Below are positions 34,389 through 42,977 of a DNA stretch of 43,698 nt, piece by piece. Below the pieces are notes generated by a model, which had not been told where the DNA came from, searched no databases, and was given only the letters and a program-made list of their open reading frames with translations. The stretch comes from Candidatus Giovannonibacteria bacterium RIFCSPLOWO2_02_FULL_43_54 (GTDB lineage: Bacteria > Patescibacteriota > Minisyncoccia > UBA11713 > 2-01-FULL-45-33), in NCBI GenBank assembly GCA_001778875.1, contig MFIK01000010.1, forward strand, positions 4,936 through 48,633, written 5' to 3'. Position numbers and translations under genes: made by a program. Numbering within the stretch: position 1 is the stretch's first letter; each line of letters starts with the position of its first letter.

Positions 34389-36365
34389 ATGCCTAGATCA
34401 GCGGAATCTAAAAATTGGGGATTTGATGTGAAGAATCTGGATAAGAGCGTCCGTCCGCAGAATGATTTTTTCCGGTTCGCCAACGGCGGATGGCTGAAGA
34501 AAAATCCTATCCCACACGACGAGAGCAATTGGGGGTCTTTTTATCTTTTGCGGAAGGCGAGCGATGAAGCGCTCAGCAATATTCTGGAGGGCTCCAAACG
34601 CAAGAACGCAGCTCACGGATCAAATCTCCGGAAGGTGCGCGATTATTATCTGAGCGCGATGAATGAGAAAAAGCTCAACAAAGAGGGTGCGGAGCCTCTT
34701 CACAAATTCTTTGACATGATAGACAACCTTAAAAACTCGGATGATGTTGTTGCACTGTCTGCATATTTCCGGCGGATAGGCATTTCCTCGCTGTGGCGGG
34801 TTGATGCCGACCAGGACATGAAAGATAAGAGCATCGTGGCGCTGTATTTGGAACAAAGCGGACTGGGGCTCCCCGACAGGGACTATTATCTTAAAACAGA
34901 TACGAAATCGAAAGAGATTAGACAAAAGTACGTCGCGCATATTGATAAAATGCACAAGATTGTCTTTGGCCGGAACCGGAATCCTGAAAAAGCCTCTTTT
35001 ACGATAATGAACATAGAAACACGGCTCGCCGAAGCTTCAATGACAATGGTTGAGCGAAGAGACTACGAAAAGCAGTACAATAAAATGCGCTTAGCCGGGC
35101 TCCGACGCCTTGCCCCGAATATTGACTGGGTAAAATATTTTTCCGTCATCGGCGCGCACGCAAAAGGACAGCTTATAGTGATGCAGCCGTTATTTATCAA
35201 AACGGCGGGAAAAATGCTTTCAGATATTCCGCCGGAAAATTGGAAGCATTATTTCAAGTGGAAAGTTATAAGTGCGTTCGCGGGCTATTTGAGCGACAAA
35301 CTGGCCGATGAGCGTTTCAATTTTTTCGGGAAAGTTCTTTCCGGCCAAAAAAAGATGAAACCGCGATGGAGACGGGCCACAAACGAAATAGATTCGGCTT
35401 TGGGAGAAGCGCTCGGAGAGCTCTATGTCGCGGAGCATTTTCCGGAAAAAGCGAAGAAAAGTATCAATAAACTTGTGGATAATCTGATTTCCTCATACCG
35501 CGAGCGGCTAAAAGCGCTCGATTGGATGGAAAAAACAACCAAGAAAAAAGCTCTCGAAAAACTCGCGGCATTTACCAGAAAACTCGGATATCCGGATAAG
35601 TGGAGAAATTATGGCAAGCTGAATATTTCGCCCCACTCTTATCTGGAAAACCATATCGCGTCGTACACATTTGAATTTAAGCGCAGTATGAAAAAAATAG
35701 GTAAACGTCCTGACAAAAAAGAATGGGGGATGACGCCGCCCACAGTGAACGCTTATAATAATTTCCTTTTCAACGAAATAGTTTTTCCCGCAGGCATAAT
35801 GCAGCCGCCGTTCTTTGATCCTAACGCGGACGATTCCGTGAACTACGGCGCGATAGGCGCCGTAATCGGACATGAGTTGACACACGGGTTCGACGACAAA
35901 GGAAGCATGTTCGATAAGAACGGCGAAATGAAAAATTGGTGGGAGAAAAAGGATAGAAAACTTTTTCTGAAAAAAGCTCAAGGCTTGATTAGTCAATTCA
36001 ACAAATATGAGGCGCTTCCGGGAGTATATGTCAACGGCAAGCTGACGCTGGGAGAAAACATTGCCGATTTGGGAGGGCTTGTAATCGCGTTCCGTGCTTA
36101 TCAAAAAACGATCCGGGAAAAAGAACGGAAAATTATTGGCGGATTTACCCCGGAGCAGAGATTTTTCCTGGGAGCGGCATACGCGGAGTGCGGGCAGGCG
36201 AGGGAAGCCGCACTAAGGCAACAAATCAATACAGACCCACATTCGCCGTCTGAAGCAAGAGTAAATTTACCGCTTGCGAATATGACAGAATTTTATGATG
36301 CTTTCGGCGTTAAAAAAGGCGACAAAATGTGGCGCCCCGAAAAAGACAGGGTTGTCATTTGGTAA
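34389..36365 (+). CDS. M13-family metallopeptidase (PepO/neprilysin-like)
   Basis: DFFRFANGGW, LGLPDRDYY, VNAY, HELTH, GENIADLGG and DPHSP motifs. Confidence 0.95.
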   Translation: MPRSAESKNWGFDVKNLDKSVRPQNDFFRFANGGWLKKNPIPHDESNWGSFYLLRKASDEALSNILEGSKRKNAAHGSNLRKVRDYYLSAMNEKKLNKEGAEPLHKFFDMIDNLKNSDDVVALSAYFRRIGISSLWRVDADQDMKDKSIVALYLEQSGLGLPDRDYYLKTDTKSKEIRQKYVAHIDKMHKIVFGRNRNPEKASFTIMNIETRLAEASMTMVERRDYEKQYNKMRLAGLRRLAPNIDWVKYFSVIGAHAKGQLIVMQPLFIKTAGKMLSDIPPENWKHYFKWKVISAFAGYLSDKLADERFNFFGKVLSGQKKMKPRWRRATNEIDSALGEALGELYVAEHFPEKAKKSINKLVDNLISSYRERLKALDWMEKTTKKKALEKLAAFTRKLGYPDKWRNYGKLNISPHSYLENHIASYTFEFKRSMKKIGKRPDKKEWGMTPPTVNAYNNFLFNEIVFPAGIMQPPFFDPNADDSVNYGAIGAVIGHELTHGFDDKGSMFDKNGEMKNWWEKKDRKLFLKKAQGLISQFNKYEALPGVYVNGKLTLGENIADLGGLVIAFRAYQKTIREKERKIIGGFTPEQRFFLGAAYAECGQAREAALRQQINTDPHSPSEARVNLPLANMTEFYDAFGVKKGDKMWRPEKDRVVIW

Positions 36366-36403
36366 ATTCAATGTTAATCTTCATTTAGAAAAAGGAAGTA
36401 CAG

Positions 36404-36604
36404 TTGAAATATCAGCGACCATTTTTAACGGATGAAGAAATAGAAAAAATCGCCCAAAATTTAGCTGAATATCTCAAAGATCCGGACAGCAAAGAATCAA
36501 CAATAAAATTCTTAAAAGCTGCGCGTGAACGCATCGAGGCATCAAGAGAAATGTGGCGCAAGGCCCACGAATTTCCGCCGGACATTCTAACCCGCCGCTA
36601 TTGA
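36404..36604 (+). CDS. Small hypothetical protein
   Basis: TTG start with AAGGA upstream; helical 66 aa; hairpin plus T run at the end. Confidence 0.5.
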   Translation: MKYQRPFLTDEEIEKIAQNLAEYLKDPDSKESTIKFLKAARERIEASREMWRKAHEFPPDILTRRY

Positions 36605-36678
36605 TATAGCGGCTTTTCTTTTTTATTAGTCTGTGCTAGCATTCGTATATTAGTATTTATTCGTAATTTCGTAACCTT

Positions 36679-36987
36679 ATGAAATTAGCTGTAATTGAGA
36701 CCGGCGGGAAGCAGTACCTGGTTTCCGCGGGCCAAAAAATAATGGTGGAAAAGCTCGACGGTAAGACCGGCGAAAAATTAACTTTTGATAAAGTTCTGAT
36801 GTTGGCTGACGGCGATAAAGTTGAAGTAGGCAAGCCGTATTTGGCCGGCAAAAATGTGATTGCGGAACTTACTGAACAAAAGCGCCTTCCCAAAGTCATT
36901 ACCTACAAATATCATTCAAAGAACCGCTACAGAAATAAAAAAGGCCACAGACAATCTGTGACCTTGGTAAAGATACTTTCTGTTTAA
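36679..36987 (+). CDS. rplU: 50S ribosomal protein L21
   Basis: AVIETGGKQY, VEKL, GKPYL and KKGHRQ motifs. Confidence 0.97.
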   Translation: MKLAVIETGGKQYLVSAGQKIMVEKLDGKTGEKLTFDKVLMLADGDKVEVGKPYLAGKNVIAELTEQKRLPKVITYKYHSKNRYRNKKGHRQSVTLVKILSV

Positions 36988-37283
36988 GGATGCAGTAAAA
37001 ACGGAGAAAATTGGCCGTTTGAATCTAGAACTTCTCCGTATAAAAATTGCTTATCGATATGCCGATGGGTGTTTTTGGTTTCAATCAACCATCTTTTGTT
37101 TTCGCACCTCAATGCACCTATAGCATTACCAACGCCTAAAACTATATGCAACCTGTCCCGTACCTGCTTATCACGAATATCAAAAGTTATGTACGAACTT
37201 TTATATGCGTCATTGTATTGAACATGTACAACCGGGAACCAATCAGCTAACCTTGCGCCGTTAAATCTGATTTCAAAGGTCAT
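36984..37283 (-). CDS. Hypothetical protein
   Basis: 99-aa ORF downstream of recR with a purine-rich upstream sequence; no motif. Confidence 0.45.
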   Translation of the reverse strand: MTFEIRFNGARLADWFPVVHVQYNDAYKSSYITFDIRDKQVRDRLHIVLGVGNAIGALRCENKRWLIETKNTHRHIDKQFLYGEVLDSNGQFSPFLLHP

Positions 37284-37317
37284 TTTTAACCCCCCTTCTC
37301 ATAAGATTCAAGCATTC

Positions 37318-38070
37318 CTACCTCCTATTGTCAAGGGCGTTGCGGAGGGTCATCTCGTCCGCGTATTCCAACTCAATACCTGTTGAAAGACCGCGTGCCA
37401 GACGCGTAATTTTCACTTTTAAGGGCTCTAATACGCGGGTTATGTAGTTTGACGTGAATTCGCCTAATTTAGTGGGGGAGAGGGCGAGGATTATTTCAAG
37501 GCTCGCAATGTCACTTGCCTCGGCGCCAGATTTTGCAAGGACACGCATATCTCGCTGCTGCGAGATTGCTCTGCTCGCGCCGTCGCGCTGCGCAAGGTCT
37601 TGCAAAACCTGTGCCTTCGGCATCGTGTTTAAGCGCCCGTTTTTTCCGGAATGTTCAGTATTTACGCGCTCAAATAATTTTTTGATCCTCTCGCGAACCA
37701 AGCCTTTTTCTTCCAAAGGATCGATCATGCCGCCCAAAATGTGGTAAAGCCCATCGTAAACTCCCGCTCGCTCCATATTTAAAAGATCGCTATCTTTTTC
37801 CAAGACCATTATTTTATTCTTGTCGCGCTTGGAATTTAGGCCACAGAACGAGCATATTTTTTCGCCGTTTTTAACCGAAAACGCGCGGAAGCAAATGTTA
37901 CATCTTTTTAAATGTTTGGGGATTTCCGCGATTGCGTTGGAGAGCTCATTTTGCTCATCGTCCGTAAAATCCAAAAGCGCCCACAAAAATCTATTTGCCT
38001 GCCGCGGACCTATTCCCGGAAGTTTTTCCAGAAGTTTCCTTAAATGATTAAAAAAATCCGATCCCACCAA
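37318..38070 (-). CDS. recR: Recombination protein RecR with an in-frame insertion of about 50 aa
   Basis: KLPGIGPR HhH motif, CNIC/CSFC zinc finger, YHILGG, and ITRLARGL...LEYAD. Confidence 0.92.
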   Translation of the reverse strand: MVGSDFFNHLRKLLEKLPGIGPRQANRFLWALLDFTDDEQNELSNAIAEIPKHLKRCNICFRAFSVKNGEKICSFCGLNSKRDKNKIMVLEKDSDLLNMERAGVYDGLYHILGGMIDPLEEKGLVRERIKKLFERVNTEHSGKNGRLNTMPKAQVLQDLAQRDGASRAISQQRDMRVLAKSGAEASDIASLEIILALSPTKLGEFTSNYITRVLEPLKVKITRLARGLSTGIELEYADEMTLRNALDNRR

Positions 38071-38119
38071 ACTATTTTAGCATATTATCGAGAAGCCAAG
38101 AACCTTGCTTCGAAGATGG

Positions 38120-39502
38120 TTATTCAAAATTGCGTTCGAGAGGGGAGAAGCTGACTTTTTCTTGGTTGAAGTACAGCGTCACTTTGCCCAACGGGCCGTT
38201 CCTGTGCTTCTCGACCAGAATATCCGCCTGGTTCGGCCGGTCCGAGTTTTCTTTAACTCTATCCTCGCGGTGAATGAACATGACGACGTCCGCGTCCTGC
38301 TCGATTGCTCCGGAATCGCGGAGGTCGGAGAGCTGTGGTTTTTTATTTGGACGGTTTTCAATTTGCCGGTTTAATTGCGAAAGTGCCAAAACCGGAACAT
38401 TAAGTTCGCGCGCCAATCCTTTTAGCGACCGCGAAATTTCCGTAATCTGCTGAACCATGCTTTCTGATTGGGTTCTTGGCACCATAAGCTGAAGGTAGTC
38501 CACAACTATCAATCCGAGGCCCTTTTCCGCCTTCAGCCTCCTTGCTTTGGCCCGCATCTGCATAATATTTATGGATGCCTCATCATCAATGTACAAAGGC
38601 GCGTTTTTCAAATTATCAAGACTATCGCGTATCCTTTGAAAATCTTCGCTCTGCGAAGAAAGTCTTCCGGTGCGCAACTTCCAAAGATCAACATTGGCTT
38701 CGGCGGAAATTAACCGGTCGGTTATCTGGTCAACGGACATTTCCAGAGAAAAAATTCCCGTCGGGATCTTTTCGCGCATGGCGGCGTGCCGCGCGATATC
38801 CATTGCGAGCGTTGTTTTACCGAGAGACGGGCGGGCCGCGAGAATTATCAGGTCGGATTTTTGCAAGCCGGATAAAAGATTATCGAGTTCGCGGAAACCG
38901 GTGGGAACGCCTCGCAAAGCGCCGTCTCCTGCGTTGTTATGAAGCTTGTCTATCCTTTCCCATGCTTCCTCCAGCGCCGCGGAAACCGGCATGAATCCTT
39001 TGATAAGGGATTTATGGGCGATTTGAAAAACTTTTTGCTCGGCGTCGTCTAAAAGAGTGTCTATGTCGCCATCTTCCTGGTATCCCAATTGTGAAATATC
39101 GTGAGAAACCGAAATCAGATCGCGTAAAATTTTCTTTTTCTTGATTATTTCGGCATAATAGGTTGCGTTTGAGGCGGTTGGCACGCTGTTTACCAGATTG
39201 GTAAGGTAAGACTGGCCACCGATGTCTTCAAGTTTTTTGGATTCTTTGAGCGAATTTGAAACGGAGAGGATATCTATGGGTTTTTGCTTTTCAAAAAGCG
39301 CCAACATCGCGTCAAAGACCATCCGGTGCTCCGGTTTATAAAAATCTTCACCTCCCAAAATATCCACTATCTTGTCCATTGCGCTCCCATCCAACAAAAT
39401 CGAACCCAACAGAGAAATTTCCGCTTCAACTTGCTGTGGCGGCATTCTTGAGACTGAAAATGGCGAAAGGATTTGTGCCATTAATTTAATCTTAGAGTCC
39501 AT
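38120..39502 (-). CDS. dnaB: Replicative DNA helicase DnaB
   Basis: AARPSLGKT, FSLEMS, VDYLQL, LSQLNR and DLRDSGAIEQDAD motifs; no intein; exact start uncertain. Confidence 0.97.
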   Translation of the reverse strand: MDSKIKLMAQILSPFSVSRMPPQQVEAEISLLGSILLDGSAMDKIVDILGGEDFYKPEHRMVFDAMLALFEKQKPIDILSVSNSLKESKKLEDIGGQSYLTNLVNSVPTASNATYYAEIIKKKKILRDLISVSHDISQLGYQEDGDIDTLLDDAEQKVFQIAHKSLIKGFMPVSAALEEAWERIDKLHNNAGDGALRGVPTGFRELDNLLSGLQKSDLIILAARPSLGKTTLAMDIARHAAMREKIPTGIFSLEMSVDQITDRLISAEANVDLWKLRTGRLSSQSEDFQRIRDSLDNLKNAPLYIDDEASINIMQMRAKARRLKAEKGLGLIVVDYLQLMVPRTQSESMVQQITEISRSLKGLARELNVPVLALSQLNRQIENRPNKKPQLSDLRDSGAIEQDADVVMFIHREDRVKENSDRPNQADILVEKHRNGPLGKVTLYFNQEKVSFSPLERNFE

Positions 39503-39576
39503 AAATCAAAAAAGCAACAACCGGAAAAAGTGTAAAAGCAGTGCATAGCCGTGTCGCACAATGTTATAATACAAAT

Positions 39577-40506
39577 ATGATAAATAATGTTTTGATTTTT
39601 GTCGCGGCGTTTCTGTTGGTTATTAAAGGGGCGTTGCTGGCCACAAAATATGCGGAAAGACTCGCGGAAAATTTTCATTTATCGAAATATACCGTTGGTT
39701 TTATTATTGTTGCCATTATATCTATACTTCCGGAGACATTTATATCCATTAACGCGGCAATCGAAGGAATACCGGCGTTTGGGCTTGGGATGCTTTTCGG
39801 CTCAAACATCGCCGACCTAACTTTGGTTTTTGCGGTAATCATTTTGACGGCCGGCCGGAGCCTTAAAGTTGAGAGTAATGTGTTGAAAAACCGTGCTTAT
39901 TCATTCCTTCTTCTTTTGCCGCTTGTCTTGGGTTTGGACGGGCATTTTTCCCGTCCGGAAGGAATGGTGCTTATTATTGCCGGAGCGATATTTTATTATA
40001 TAACCCTGAAGGACGGTACTGATGGATCGCCTTATTTGCACAATGGGGAAGGACGTATTAAAAATTTTTTAATGCTGCTTTTGAGTATGGCGATACTGCT
40101 CGTCGGCGCGCACTTTACAGTAACTTCGGCAACCGCAATTGCCGGTTATCTGGGAATAAGCCCGATTCTCATCGGAATGCTTGTTGTCGGACTGGGCACC
40201 ACAATGCCGGAACTTTTCTTTTCTTTGAGATCCGTAAAAAAAGATGACGACTCGCTAGCGATAGGGGATATTCTCGGTACGGTACTTGCGGACGCTACCG
40301 TCGTGGTTGGCGTTCTGGCTTTGATCAGCCCGTTCGCGTTCCCGCAGAAAATAATCTATATAACTGGCGCGTTTATGGTTGCGGCTTCATTCATTCTATT
40401 TCACGTTATGCGCTCCGGCAGGACAATCTCAAAAAAAGAAGCGTATTTTCTTTTTTTCTTTTGGCTGATGTTCGTTTTAGCAGAGTTGATGGCGATGAGA
40501 GGCTAG
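39577..40506 (+). CDS. Sodium:calcium (CaCA) antiporter, YrbG-like
   Basis: Two repeats: SILPE...GSNIAD and TTMPE...GDILGT; about 10 transmembrane segments. Confidence 0.88.
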   Translation: MINNVLIFVAAFLLVIKGALLATKYAERLAENFHLSKYTVGFIIVAIISILPETFISINAAIEGIPAFGLGMLFGSNIADLTLVFAVIILTAGRSLKVESNVLKNRAYSFLLLLPLVLGLDGHFSRPEGMVLIIAGAIFYYITLKDGTDGSPYLHNGEGRIKNFLMLLLSMAILLVGAHFTVTSATAIAGYLGISPILIGMLVVGLGTTMPELFFSLRSVKKDDDSLAIGDILGTVLADATVVVGVLALISPFAFPQKIIYITGAFMVAASFILFHVMRSGRTISKKEAYFLFFFWLMFVLAELMAMRG

Positions 40507-41990
40507 GCGTGGTGTTTTAACAACGGACCTCCATGCGCGTCCTGGATCTCCCAGCCAAGATCATAGATTTTTTGGCGCAGAAAGTCGGCAACGGCAAAAT
40601 CATGTAATTTTCTGGCGGTCTCCCGCTCTTTTAGAAGCCGTAAAATATCCTCGCCGGGTTTTTTCGGCTCGCGGCGGACATCGGCAAGTCCAAACCCAAA
40701 CATGCGATCGAACTCCAAAATAAGCCCCAAAACCTCACTTGCGGCGTATTTTTGACTATTTTTATTGTATTCGTTTATGATCACCCAGACTCGCGCCAGA
40801 GCTTTCGGCGTATCAAGGTCATTTAAAAAAGCTTCTTTCGCCTCGCTTGCAAATTTTGCAAGGACACACATATTTTTTTTATCTTGCAAAACTTGTGTCC
40901 TTGGCTCATTAAGCTTTTTTAAATTCAAAACGAAATCTTTAAGGCGTTCCAAAGAATTCTGTGCGAATTTTAACGACTCCAAGGTAAAGTTGAGTTGTGT
41001 GCGGTAATGCGCGCCAAGCACTAGATATCGAAAGGCAAGTGGGTCGAAATTTTTATTTTCAAGGTCGCGCAACGTAAAAACATTTCCTAGAGATTTCGAC
41101 ATCTTTTTCCCGTCCACCAATAAATGCTCGCCCTCAATAAAATATTTTACGAATCTTTTTTTTGTGGCACCCTCCGACTGCGCTATTTCATTTTCATGAT
41201 GCGGAAAAAGCAGATCGATGCCTCCGGCATGGATATCAAAGCCCTCTCCCAAATATTTCATACTCATCGCGGAGCACTCAATATGCCACCCAGGGCGCCC
41301 TTCGCCCCACGGAGATGGCCATGACGGTTCGCTGTCCCCGCCTGCAACGCTATGCCAGCCCGCATCGCTACGCGAAGCGTTGCTGGCGGGCGTAGCATTG
41401 CGGGCAGGTTTTTTTGCTTTCCACAAAACAAAATCTTCCGCACTTCCTTTTTCGTATTCGTCGGAATCGGTTCTGCGGAAGTCCGATCCGCCTTTGGCGA
41501 GATCCGACTTCCGAAGCCGTGAAAGCCGGCCATACTTTTTGAATTTAGAAACATCAAAATAAACCGACCCGTCGGAGCGATAAGCAAGCTTATTTTTTAT
41601 CAGTGTTTTTATCACGCCTATCATTTCCTTAATATGGTCCGTCGCTTTCGGATATTTCCACGCGGGTTCGATATTTAATTTTTTAATATCGTTATAAAAC
41701 GCCGCCTCATAAGGTTTCGTAAATTCAAAAATACTTTTTTGGGCCTCTCGCGCATTTTTGATTATCTTATCTTCGACATCGGTTATATTTATCACGTGCT
41801 TTACTTTATATCCTGCGGATTCCAGCGTGCGGCGCAATACATCTTCAAAAATATAAGTCCGCAAATTTCCGATATGCGCGTAATTATAAACCGTCGGTCC
41901 GCAAGTATATAAACCGACTTGCCCTTTTTTAGTCGGCTTAAAAATCTCCTTTTTGCGCGTTAAAAAATTGTAGAGCTTAATCGTAGCCAT
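40503..41990 (-). CDS. cysS: Cysteine--tRNA ligase with in-frame palindromic insertions
   Basis: CGPTVY, HIGN, GRPGWHIECS, FPHHENE and KMSKS motifs. Confidence 0.97.
   Translation of the reverse strand: MATIKLYNFLTRKKEIFKPTKKGQVGLYTCGPTVYNYAHIGNLRTYIFEDVLRRTLESAGYKVKHVINITDVEDKIIKNAREAQKSIFEFTKPYEAAFYNDIKKLNIEPAWKYPKATDHIKEMIGVIKTLIKNKLAYRSDGSVYFDVSKFKKYGRLSRLRKSDLAKGGSDFRRTDSDEYEKGSAEDFVLWKAKKPARNATPASNASRSDAGWHSVAGGDSEPSWPSPWGEGRPGWHIECSAMSMKYLGEGFDIHAGGIDLLFPHHENEIAQSEGATKKRFVKYFIEGEHLLVDGKKMSKSLGNVFTLRDLENKNFDPLAFRYLVLGAHYRTQLNFTLESLKFAQNSLERLKDFVLNLKKLNEPRTQVLQDKKNMCVLAKFASEAKEAFLNDLDTPKALARVWVIINEYNKNSQKYAASEVLGLILEFDRMFGFGLADVRREPKKPGEDILRLLKERETARKLHDFAVADFLRQKIYDLGWEIQDAHGGPLLKHHA
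41337..41408. repeat. 72-bp nested palindromic element, copy 2, in frame in cysS
   Basis: Encodes PARNATPASNASRSDAGWHSVAGG between WKAKK and DSEPSW. Confidence 0.9.
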
Positions 41991-42017
41991 TTTGCTAATT
42001 ATGCCACAATTTCGGGC

Positions 42018-42932
42018 TTAAAACCACTTTCGGTGCTTGAAAAAGAGAAGCATGCCTAAGATGGCGGCGATGATGACGGCGAGAATGGCGATAAAATCAT
42101 ATGGCCGGCCGTAGAATTCATCGGGTGCTATGGCCATTGAAAAGATCGAGGCCGTGAGAGTTAATGGAAACGTGACAAAAGCCATCAGCGTAAGGCGTTT
42201 CATAATTTCATTGGAACGCATTGATAGGAAAGAAATGTTCGTGTCATAAAGCGTTTCTATGGTCTCTTTGTGATTTTCCAGCATATTCCAAACCTTTGAA
42301 TATTCGCCGACGATGTCTTTTAAGTAAGGTTCCATGTCCTTGCCGAAAAAATTAAGTCCGTGGGAGGCAAGCGATGTCACTACCGTTTCGTGTGGTTTTA
42401 TCGCCCTTCTGAAATTCAGAATGTCCCGTCTCAAGAAAAATATTTCTTGGATCGTCGCCTCATCTTCTCTCGCCGCGAGCCTGTCGTCTACCGAGTCTAT
42501 CTTTAATTTAATATGATCAAGCTCCCGCAAAGCAAAATCATAAAGACGAGTAAGCATCTGATAAAACACCATGCTGACACCGCCCGAAAACAGACGGGCC
42601 AATTCATCCTTGTCCGATTCCAATTCGTTAAAAAATTCCGTGAGTGCCCCCTTCTCATCGTACCTAACGGTTATCAAAAAATCCTCGCCGATAATGAAAT
42701 CAATCTCGGAACCGAGGCTCGTTCTTTTTTCATGGTTAAAAACGGGGAAGTGGAGAATTAGATACAGGAAATTCTGAAATTTATCGACTTTGGGCCGCAA
42801 CGACGGGTGTGTCAGCTCCTCGGCGACTACCGGGTGAATGTCGTAATTTTCCACCAAGCGGTCTAATTCTTCCCAAGTAGGCTTATCCGCGTATATCCAG
42901 CGCTTATCATGCCATTTTAATTCTTTTATCAT
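42018..42932 (-). CDS. corA: CorA-family divalent cation transporter
   Basis: RPKVD, EIDFIIG and NEIMKRLT motifs with two C-terminal transmembrane helices; the GMN signature is replaced by SMA. Confidence 0.85.
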   Translation of the reverse strand: MIKELKWHDKRWIYADKPTWEELDRLVENYDIHPVVAEELTHPSLRPKVDKFQNFLYLILHFPVFNHEKRTSLGSEIDFIIGEDFLITVRYDEKGALTEFFNELESDKDELARLFSGGVSMVFYQMLTRLYDFALRELDHIKLKIDSVDDRLAAREDEATIQEIFFLRRDILNFRRAIKPHETVVTSLASHGLNFFGKDMEPYLKDIVGEYSKVWNMLENHKETIETLYDTNISFLSMRSNEIMKRLTLMAFVTFPLTLTASIFSMAIAPDEFYGRPYDFIAILAVIIAAILGMLLFFKHRKWF

Positions 42933-42977
42933 ATATATGTATTGTAATATAAAAAGTAATTTGGGATAATAGAGTAC

